Source of the DNA: Myxococcota bacterium
GTDB taxonomy: Bacteria; Myxococcota_A; UBA9160; SZUA-336
DNA length: 64,000 nucleotides
NCBI GenBank assembly: GCA_965247115.1
Contig: CBDFGR010000002.1
Coordinates: 1,120,001 to 1,184,000 of the forward strand
Direction of reading: 5' to 3'
Shown: piece by piece, positions 8,641 through 16,202 of the stretch
Position numbering within the stretch: the stretch's first letter is position 1
Layout of the letters: every line of letters starts with the position of its first letter
Translations under genes and position numbers: made by a program
The notes under the pieces: model-generated
Databases searched by the model: none
Seen by the model: only the letters and a program-made list of their open reading frames with translations
Told to the model about the DNA's origin: nothing

Positions 8641-10004
8641 GGCTCATCGATGCGATTGCGTCCTGCGGGATCGAACCACTGGACCGTTTCCGCGGCAACG
8701 CGTTCACGGCCCGCGGCATCGATCCGCGAGAGCTCTCGCATGGGGTCCCCAGCCATCCGACCTCCGACTCGCAGCGTGAGAACGGTCGCGCCATCGCCCG
8801 CGAAGGCGTGAGGGACGAACGGCTTCATGCAGAATGAGTCCCCGGGATGAAGCCGCTCGGAGAAGGCCTGGCTCTCGATTGTCCAATGCACTTCCAGCGG
8901 CCGATCGCCAACTACATAGCCGTATTGGTGCAGGCCGGCTCTCAGATCGAGCTCACGGAGTTCTGAGTCCAGAACGTTGACCTCCAGCGACTTCGAGTGA
9001 GCAAGGTGATGCGTGGAGGCTAGCTCGACCATCCGATATCGAGAGATTCCGTCGGGATAGGTCCAGGACGGGCATTCAGCATAGTGGCGGACTACCACGG
9101 GCTCCTCGACCTCGTTCGGCGGATGGAGCTCTCGCGAGTCCACGCCCAGAGCAGCCGCGAGGGCGTTCAGCTCTGCCCGGGTGGCAGCGCGAACGCCGGC
9201 GCGCAACTCTCCGAGACGTGTCGCAGAAATGGCAGAGCGCCGCTGCAGCTCCTCATGACTCATGGACAACGCCTCTCGGTGAAACTCCAGCAGGCGGGCG
9301 GCCGCCCGCTCGGGGGCGCTGAGATCGAGGACGTACGCCTCACGCTGCTCGACTCCGAGAGTTGAGAGCTCTTGGCGAGCATCCCCGGCGAGCTTGTCCC
9401 CGTAGGTCAGGGCCAGTATGCAGCCGGGCTCGCGAGCCTTGGTTGAGCGCACAGCGAAGCTGTGAGGAACGAAGGGCGTGATGTACATCGAATCGCCCGT
9501 GTTCATCACCGCCACCTGTTTCTGGCCATCCCGCCCCCGATGGTAGAAATTGACCGGGCCCACGAAGTAGGTGAACTGGTGCATGAAGTGGCCGTTATTC
9601 CACTGGATTGCTTGGTCCTCTGGGTCATCAGTCGTGACCTCGCAGAGCTCCTTGATCCACTCTGGCCGGAACGGGGCTACCGCGCTCATGGCTGTGTCAC
9701 GATATTCGTAGTAGGGCTTCCCGGCACGATCCATCACCCGGGCCGACTCGACCGACTCCGAAGCGCGCATGACGCGTAGGCCTTTCGGATTGTCGTCTAG
9801 CATCGGGAGGAAGTCCCGTAGGCTCATCGGCCAGATCTCCACTGCCCGCAAAACCAATTCGAAGGGGATCTCAACCCGCTCTTCAAGTAGGTCCTGCATC
9901 TCGGCCTCGGAGACTCCGAGCTCCAGGGCCGCGTCGGCCGGTCGACGCTTGAGGTCGTTCAGAATGCCTCGCAGGTGGTGTCCGGTCATGATCCGCTCAG
10001 ACAT
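8637..10004 (-). CDS. mpnS: Methylphosphonate synthase
   Basis: GILNDLKRRP, RAGKPYYEYRDTAMS, APFRPEWI, WNNGHFMHQFTYF, VNF, MNTGDSMYITPFVPH, ETVQWFDP are colinear with Nitrosopumilus MPnS as I recall it. Has the His/Gln/His iron triad plus the Phe162 and Ile184 equivalents. Start ATG 10004 overlaps the upstream stop. Confidence 0.92.
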   Translation of the reverse strand: MSERIMTGHHLRGILNDLKRRPADAALELGVSEAEMQDLLEERVEIPFELVLRAVEIWPMSLRDFLPMLDDNPKGLRVMRASESVESARVMDRAGKPYYEYRDTAMSAVAPFRPEWIKELCEVTTDDPEDQAIQWNNGHFMHQFTYFVGPVNFYHRGRDGQKQVAVMNTGDSMYITPFVPHSFAVRSTKAREPGCILALTYGDKLAGDARQELSTLGVEQREAYVLDLSAPERAAARLLEFHREALSMSHEELQRRSAISATRLGELRAGVRAATRAELNALAAALGVDSRELHPPNEVEEPVVVRHYAECPSWTYPDGISRYRMVELASTHHLAHSKSLEVNVLDSELRELDLRAGLHQYGYVVGDRPLEVHWTIESQAFSERLHPGDSFCMKPFVPHAFAGDGATVLTLRVGGRMAGDPMRELSRIDAAGRERVAAETVQWFDPAGRNRIDEP

Positions 10005-10740
10005 CGTCTCCTCCAGCGTTTCGGTAGTCCTCCAGCGTGTCGATCTCGGCCCACCCACCCCTTATGGGAAAGGTTCGAACGACTTGCCCAGAATCGATGA
10101 GCTCCTGGAACATGTCGGTCAAGTACGCCTTCCGGAACGTCGCCGCTTGCTGGAAGGGTCGATCCAACCCCTGGGCCTCGATCTCGTGGAAGGTCCGAAC
10201 GAGAACCTCTAGCCCTGCGCGCTCGATCTTGCAAAGCCCGATGAACTCGGAGTCTGATTCTGCCGGACTGAGGTGCTTGCCTATGCGCACGACGCAACCG
10301 TTCTCGCTAACGATGTTCTCAGCCTCCTCGACAGGGTGGTCGAGGCGACCGACATAGCCAGAGCGCCAGTCGAAGTCTGCGACGACACAGAAGGGTCCGT
10401 CGTTGCGCACCAGGCCCTGAGCAACCTCTGGCTCATAGACGATATCGGAGTAGCTGACCACCAAGTCATCATCGAACTCGGACTCCGCGTAGAACAGGGA
10501 GTGAAGGATATTGTTGTTCAGATAGTCCGGGTTCAGATAGGACCGAGTTCCAGGAACATGTAGCTTCTCAGCGCGATGTCCCTTGACGATAGCGATCTCC
10601 TCGATGCCGGCTGCACGCAGCGCGCGGATCTGATACTCGATGATGGCCTTCCCACGGACGCGCAGCGTACACTTTGGTCGCTCCAGCGTGAGTGGCGCCA
10701 GCCGACTCCCTGGCCCGGCCGCGACGATGATTCCCTTCAC
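9997..10740 (-). CDS. Stand-alone nucleotidyltransferase (LicC/PntC-like, probable phosphonate cytidylyltransferase)
   Basis: AAGPGSRL...PK, SYSDI, EFIGL, WAEIDT motifs; lies between ppd and mpnS. Confidence 0.82.
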   Translation of the reverse strand: MKGIIVAAGPGSRLAPLTLERPKCTLRVRGKAIIEYQIRALRAAGIEEIAIVKGHRAEKLHVPGTRSYLNPDYLNNNILHSLFYAESEFDDDLVVSYSDIVYEPEVAQGLVRNDGPFCVVADFDWRSGYVGRLDHPVEEAENIVSENGCVVRIGKHLSPAESDSEFIGLCKIERAGLEVLVRTFHEIEAQGLDRPFQQAATFRKAYLTDMFQELIDSGQVVRTFPIRGGWAEIDTLEDYRNAGGDDV

Positions 10741-11900
10741 GTCTCTGCCAGCCAGCTCATGAAGAGCTCCTTGACCTGCGGCGGAGCGAGCTTTGGTCGG
10801 CCGAGGTTAGGAATCGAGCCGGGTGCGACTTTGACATGGATCAGGTTTGGACCGGACATCTCACGGGCTTCGCGGACGTGGAGTGCGAGCGAGCCTATGG
10901 AGTCCACGCGCCAGACATGTCGATAGCCGCAACCCGCCGCGACCGTGGCAAAGTCGACGGTCGGGGAAACTGTGGGCTGCCCACCGGTGGAGTCGTGGAC
11001 CTCGTTGTCAATCACGACGTGCGTCAGGCCCGAGGGCCCATAGTGCCCGATGGTTCCTAGCACTCCCAGCTTCATGAGAGAGGCACCATCACCGTCCAGG
11101 ACGACGACGCGGCGTAGTCGTCCCACTCGCCGGCTCGCCTCGTGCAGGCCGAGACCAATCGCCGACGCGCAGCCCATGGACCCGACCACGTAGAGCTGAT
11201 TCGGTCGATGCCCAAGCGTGAAGAGTTCGCGGCCTATTTTGCCGGTTGTAGCAATCAACGCCTCATCGCCCTCCAGCGCACCACGAATCGTCCTGATCGC
11301 TTCGATTCTGGGCATCCGTTCCGGACCCGCGAGCTCAAACACGCCTACGGGGATGGCCTGGGCTCCCACCGACACGGGGGTAGCGGGAAGTGCGCGAGCG
11401 TCATGCAACGCCCCGTGCTTCACGATGAACGCGAACGGCCGACTAGAGGCATCGATCGCCTTCTCTGCCCGCTCCAGCGCTGGCTCAATCTCAGAGACCT
11501 GATCCGGGAACACCTCCCAGGGGACGTGGACGACCTCCAGCAACCGCTCGATGATTCTCCCCATAAGCTCGTGCTGCGGCTCATCGTCCAAACCGGGAGC
11601 GCCACGGTGGCTCACGAGAAGCAACGTAGGGATCCGGAACGGGTACTGAAGCGACGTCAGCGGATTGACCATGTTCCCCAGGCCGGAGTTCTGACACAAC
11701 GCGACGGACTTGCGTCCTGCGAGGTGCGCACCTGCAGCAATGCCAAGAGCCTCACCTTCGCTCGCAGCGCCGATATAGTCGAGGTCCACACCGCCACAAA
11801 CGCGGTTGATTAGCGGCGTCAGGAACGAGCACGGAACGCCAGACCAGAACGAGTACCCACGACGAAGGACTCGAACCACGAAGTCGTCGGCCTCGATCAT
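10737..11900 (-). CDS. ppd: Phosphonopyruvate decarboxylase (ThDP-dependent)
   Basis: [41 protein letters not shown] overlap with pepM. Confidence 0.95.
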   Translation of the reverse strand: MIEADDFVVRVLRRGYSFWSGVPCSFLTPLINRVCGGVDLDYIGAASEGEALGIAAGAHLAGRKSVALCQNSGLGNMVNPLTSLQYPFRIPTLLLVSHRGAPGLDDEPQHELMGRIIERLLEVVHVPWEVFPDQVSEIEPALERAEKAIDASSRPFAFIVKHGALHDARALPATPVSVGAQAIPVGVFELAGPERMPRIEAIRTIRGALEGDEALIATTGKIGRELFTLGHRPNQLYVVGSMGCASAIGLGLHEASRRVGRLRRVVVLDGDGASLMKLGVLGTIGHYGPSGLTHVVIDNEVHDSTGGQPTVSPTVDFATVAAGCGYRHVWRVDSIGSLALHVREAREMSGPNLIHVKVAPGSIPNLGRPKLAPPQVKELFMSWLAET

Positions 11901-13555
11901 CGCTCCGGCCTCTGCCCGGGCCCCCTGTAGCGATCCGCTGCGATGACATCCTGCCACTCATCGATGTCGAACCAGTGCCCAACGGTGTAGAGGCCATCGA
12001 TGGAGACGCCTGAATCGAGCAAGAGGTTGAAGAGCTCGGGCATGCGCATCTCGTCGACCCGATCTCTCACGCTAGGCTCCTCGAGCGCTTGTCGGATCCG
12101 ATGAAGACCCTCGGTGGAGAGTTTCATCATCCCGATCCACTCACCGTGAATCGGCTCCTCCACCTTTCCGTCGATCGCCGCCACCACTCTCTGGAGCGAG
12201 GTTGTTAGATCGAAGTCCTCTCGCCGATAAGGGTGCGCGCAGCGAACGAACTCGCCATATCGTCGGCGGTTCTGCGATTGCTCCCAGCTCGGATCGACGG
12301 CAAGACAGATGTCCGCCTCAGACTCGAGCAAATGCATGGGGATGAACTTCTGGAATAACACGTCCCCATAGCTAACCAGCACCGGCCCTTGAATGCTCTC
12401 CAGACCGGCGCGGAGAGAGTAGACAACCTGTGCGGTGTCGTAACGATCGTTGTCGACGTATCTCAAGTCGGGGAGATCGATAGCCTCCTTCTTGTACCCA
12501 CGAACCACAGTAATATCTTCGAGTCCCAGCTCCCGGAACGTATCGACCTGTTGTGAGAGGAGAGGCTGACCGCTGATTGAGACCATCGCCTTCGGGCGAT
12601 CCTGCGTCAGCTCTCCAAGCTCGGAGCCGCGAGAGGCAGCCAGCACGAGGGCCTGAGCTGAGGTCTTCCGAGGGAGGTAGCGCTTCTCTGCCTCCCTCAG
12701 CTCCTCTGCGCCCTGGAGGCGGAAGACCTCGGAGACAGGGACGATGCGCTCCTCGATGTCGAGAAGCGTCTCCTCATCGTGGAGCTGCAGTGCAACTCGC
12801 TGCATGCTCGTCATGCTCGCGCGCATCAGGTGGTTTGCCCAGATCACCACCCGGAAGCCCGCTTTTCGGAAGACATCAGTCGGAGTGCTGTAGTACATCG
12901 TCGGAACGATGATCACCGGGGAGCGTTCGCCCCACTCGCCCTTGAAGGCCAGAACCTCATCCGGGCGACGCAGCTTGGAGTGGATCAAGATAGCGTCGGC
13001 ACCCGCACGACGATACGCCTCCGCCCGCTTGAGCGCCTCCGCGAGTCCGAGTCCGGAGATGAGAGCTTCCACTCGAGCCACGATGCAGAAGTCGTCGTTG
13101 AGCTGCGCGTCCTTTCCAGCCTTGATCTTGCCTGCGAACTCGTCGATGTCCGCGAGGGGCTGCGTTCCGCCTTCGATGAACGAGTTGGTCTTCGGATACA
13201 GCTTGTCTTCGATGCAAACACCAGCCACGTCACGCGCCTCGAGTTTGCCAACGAGCCTCCGCATGTTGTTGAAATTCCCGTACCCCGTGTCGCCGTCCAA
13301 GAGCAACGGGATCGTCGTTGCGTCCGTGATGTACTCGAGGATGTCCAGGACCTGGGTCCAGCTGAGCTCGTTGTTGTCGCGTACTCCGCAGGCTGCGGAT
13401 ATAGACAGGCCGCTCCCCCAAAGGCCCTTGAACCCAGCCTCTTCGGCGATCTTGGCGCTCAGCCCGTTATGCGCCTCCATCAGGAAGCTCAGCGAGGGGC
13501 TGGCAATGAGCTCGCGCAGTCGTGTCGCCCTCGATGCAGCGGCCAGGTCAACCAT
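11897..13555 (-). CDS. pepM: Phosphoenolpyruvate mutase fused to a C-terminal nucleotidyltransferase domain
   Basis: [15 protein letters not shown], diagnostic EDKxxxxxNS ([10 protein letters not shown]); C-terminal LAASRG...PK, SYGDV, WFDID. Start at 13555 overlaps the upstream stop. Confidence 0.96.
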   Translation of the reverse strand: MVDLAAASRATRLRELIASPSLSFLMEAHNGLSAKIAEEAGFKGLWGSGLSISAACGVRDNNELSWTQVLDILEYITDATTIPLLLDGDTGYGNFNNMRRLVGKLEARDVAGVCIEDKLYPKTNSFIEGGTQPLADIDEFAGKIKAGKDAQLNDDFCIVARVEALISGLGLAEALKRAEAYRRAGADAILIHSKLRRPDEVLAFKGEWGERSPVIIVPTMYYSTPTDVFRKAGFRVVIWANHLMRASMTSMQRVALQLHDEETLLDIEERIVPVSEVFRLQGAEELREAEKRYLPRKTSAQALVLAASRGSELGELTQDRPKAMVSISGQPLLSQQVDTFRELGLEDITVVRGYKKEAIDLPDLRYVDNDRYDTAQVVYSLRAGLESIQGPVLVSYGDVLFQKFIPMHLLESEADICLAVDPSWEQSQNRRRYGEFVRCAHPYRREDFDLTTSLQRVVAAIDGKVEEPIHGEWIGMMKLSTEGLHRIRQALEEPSVRDRVDEMRMPELFNLLLDSGVSIDGLYTVGHWFDIDEWQDVIAADRYRGPGQRPER

Positions 13556-14723
13556 CTCCGCCTCGCTCTGCCCTCTCCGCAGCCTCGAGGATGCTCCGCG
13601 CGCCGACACTTCCACTCGTTCCGAGGTTGTAGACGCAGCGATCGCGAATCGCGCGCAGCCTCTCACGCTGACGCTCGGGAGTCGCACAGAGCTCGGCGAT
13701 CCGCTTGCGCGCCTCCGCAACATCGTCGGGAGCAACCACCGACCCGATTTCCGCTCGAATCCCGGCCTCTAGCGGCTCCATCCCCAGTTTCTCCCACCTC
13801 GGGTTGTTCACCTTCCGCGGAGTATCGACGAACAGCACGGGTCGTTCCAGCCCGAACGCGTACTCAAGGGCCGCTCCCGACCAGTCGCTGATCATGATGT
13901 CCGAGGTGTGTAGGGATTCCTGGCCGCTCACATCAGTTTCGACTGTGAGAGATCCGCCTCCTCCAAAGCGTGACCGCAGGCTCGCGGGCAGCTCAGGAAA
14001 CCGGCGAGTTGTCATCGGGTGAAGTCTCACAGTCAGCCTCAGACCCTCTTCCAGGAGTCCCGCGATCCAGTCGTCCGCCCACTCGGACTCGATGAGCGAG
14101 CCTCCTCCCCACGAAGGCGCCATGAGGACGTGAAGTCCTGAGCGGTCGGTTGGATCAGAAGCGGACCGTTTCGCGGCCTGCGCCCGAATCTCGTCGAGCC
14201 GCCCGTACCCGTGCTCGATGAGGCGCCGCTCAGGCAGCCCGTACACGTCCTCGGCTCTCCTGAGCTCCTCGACATGGTGAGGTCCGGCGCAGAGGAGCGT
14301 ATCATAATGATCAAACGCTCCTTCCCTGTAGATCATGTGCGTACTCACGAGCGAATGGAAGACGTATATGTAGTGGACGGGGTGAGAAGAGCGTTTCAGA
14401 TGAAAGCGGTCGAGATCGGGGAGCGTCATCACGAGCACCGAAGCCTTGAGCCCGCGAAACAGGATCGTCCGGATCGACCCTGAACCGATGCAGAAGGCCC
14501 GGACGTTCGGATGCCCGGCCCGGAAGATGGGATCGTCGGCCTCCGAGGTCAGATAGCAGATGGCATGGCCGCGCTGGCAGAGCTCGGAGATGATCGGTTG
14601 AAAGTGTGGCCAGTCGTGAAGACCTTCGGCATAGAACACGATGCGTCGCGCGTCCCTGGGCAGGGCCGAGAAGCGCCGCAGCTCGGACCATTCCGCACCA
14701 AGTCGCTTGAGCGCCGTGAACAT
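13548..14723 (-). CDS. CDP-glycerol glycerophosphotransferase (TagB/TagF-like) family protein
   Basis: [45 protein letters not shown]; coupled to pepM. Confidence 0.85.
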   Translation of the reverse strand: MFTALKRLGAEWSELRRFSALPRDARRIVFYAEGLHDWPHFQPIISELCQRGHAICYLTSEADDPIFRAGHPNVRAFCIGSGSIRTILFRGLKASVLVMTLPDLDRFHLKRSSHPVHYIYVFHSLVSTHMIYREGAFDHYDTLLCAGPHHVEELRRAEDVYGLPERRLIEHGYGRLDEIRAQAAKRSASDPTDRSGLHVLMAPSWGGGSLIESEWADDWIAGLLEEGLRLTVRLHPMTTRRFPELPASLRSRFGGGGSLTVETDVSGQESLHTSDIMISDWSGAALEYAFGLERPVLFVDTPRKVNNPRWEKLGMEPLEAGIRAEIGSVVAPDDVAEARKRIAELCATPERQRERLRAIRDRCVYNLGTSGSVGARSILEAAERAERGGDG

Positions 14724-14778
14724 CCAGTCGCTTGTGCCCCGTCGGATCAGGTTTGATCACCGGACGTACCTGAGAAAC

Positions 14779-15030
14779 CTAGTCTGAGTCGTTGGCCGGG
14801 TGAACTTCTCGTCGGGCGTCGTCGCCTGCGGCCTTGCCGCCAAAGACTGCCTTGAGGCGACGCCAGTAGGCCTTTGCCAGGAACGCGGCTGCAGTGATGC
14901 TCGCGATTGCCGCCTGAAGGAGCATGCTGGTAGTTCCAGCATCGATATAGGCGAGCGCATCACGCGGGAAGGCTACGACCAAGACGGCCAGGGGAACGCC
15001 GCTCCAACGAGCAAATCGACGGAGGCTCAC
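14779..15030 (-). CDS. Small membrane protein with YIDxG motif
   Basis: Signal-like N-terminus, then AYIDAGTTSMLLQAAIA, a hydrophobic helix and WRRLK. GTG start inferred; the longer ORF-track call overlaps the GT2 gene. Confidence 0.65.
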   Translation of the reverse strand: MSLRRFARWSGVPLAVLVVAFPRDALAYIDAGTTSMLLQAAIASITAAAFLAKAYWRRLKAVFGGKAAGDDARREVHPANDSD

Positions 15031-15107
15031 CGGGGTGGGCGGGGGGGATGCGCGCACGAGCCCCATCGTATAGATGCTCCCGAATCGGATCAACTTCGAG
15101 CCTTGCA

Positions 15108-16202
15108 TCAGCTCTTCCAGGCCGGAGGAGTCAGAAGATCGAGCACCCTTGCTCCAGCCAAGCCCGCGATCGCCAGGAGCCTGAGGCCCAGCCTGCGTCC
15201 ACTGCTTGCGACGGCGGCTCGAGAGGCAAACACCTCCGCGCGGTGGCCCAGCATCCATTGCAGGTAGCGCCAACCCAGGCCCCAGTGGACGGGGTTCGTC
15301 ACCAGGACGGTGAGCATCTGACGGCCAAACGGCGAAAAGAGACCTGGGCGGGCTCTGAAGATCGGAGCCACATCTCGGTTTCGAGGCTCCTTTACCGCAC
15401 TCACAAGTGCCTTCAGCACTCGTCTTTGACGCACCGAATCGGACATCCCGGATCCGGAGTAGGTCCCGGGAGTCTCGCGCATCAGCGCTAGCGTCTCGGG
15501 TACCACACACGCTCCGTGACGCAGAGCGAGGATGTAGAAGACGAACCACTCCGAGTGCCATTGGAGCTCTGGGCGAAACGCACCTGCCTCGAGGAGGGCG
15601 CCCCGGCGAGCGAGCACGGTATTCCCCGACATCCACAAATAGCTGGTGGCAAGCCTGCGCTTCAGGGCAGCTGGAGGCAGAAAGCGAGCTTCCTTACCGA
15701 GGTCGAATGCCAGCCCGAGGTCGAATGCCAGCCCTGTGGCCGAGTCGCCCAGATACTCCCGAATGCGCTCCGTTCCATCCTCGAAGACAGCCAGCCGAGA
15801 GAAGCACACTCCCGCCTCCGGATGAGAGCGGAGGATCCTCATGTTGCGCTCCAGGAAGCGGGGGAGAAGCCGGTCGTCAGCAGATGCCCACACCACGAAG
15901 TCCATCGACGCCAGGGTCAGGGCGCGCTCGATGGAGGTCATGAGCCCTCGGTTCCTCTTGTTGCGGACAAGGGTGACGAAGGGAAATCGGCGCACGAATC
16001 CCTCGATCACAGCCACGCTGTCATCGGTGGAGCCGTCGTCCACCACGATGACCTCGTCCGGCTGGAGCGTCTGGCCACAGATCGCTCCCAGGGAGTCGGG
16101 GAGATATCTGGCGTGGTTGTAGTTGCACAAGAGGATCGACACCGTCGGTCGGCCTCGTGGCTCTCTGTGCGCTTCCACGGCCGACCGACTCAGCGGGCCC
16201 AT
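15108..16202 (-). CDS. Glycosyltransferase family 2
   Basis: VSILLCNYNHARYL, VIVVDDGSTDDS, WASADD; similar to the GT2 at 1-454. Confidence 0.9.
   Translation of the reverse strand: MGPLSRSAVEAHREPRGRPTVSILLCNYNHARYLPDSLGAICGQTLQPDEVIVVDDGSTDDSVAVIEGFVRRFPFVTLVRNKRNRGLMTSIERALTLASMDFVVWASADDRLLPRFLERNMRILRSHPEAGVCFSRLAVFEDGTERIREYLGDSATGLAFDLGLAFDLGKEARFLPPAALKRRLATSYLWMSGNTVLARRGALLEAGAFRPELQWHSEWFVFYILALRHGACVVPETLALMRETPGTYSGSGMSDSVRQRRVLKALVSAVKEPRNRDVAPIFRARPGLFSPFGRQMLTVLVTNPVHWGLGWRYLQWMLGHRAEVFASRAAVASSGRRLGLRLLAIAGLAGARVLDLLTPPAWKS
15697..15732. repeat. Perfect 18-bp in-frame tandem duplication
   Basis: CCGAGGTCGAATGCCAGC twice, encoding GLAFDL-GLAFDL in the GT2. Confidence 0.95.

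Noticed and set aside
8637..10004. HEP dioxygenase or fosfomycin/phosphinothricin antibiotic cluster; XRE regulator
   Set aside because: The residue signature favours MPnS, the HTH-like segments are part of the MPnS/HEPD fold, and the context is glycan biosynthesis with no NRPS, ATP-grasp or resistance genes.
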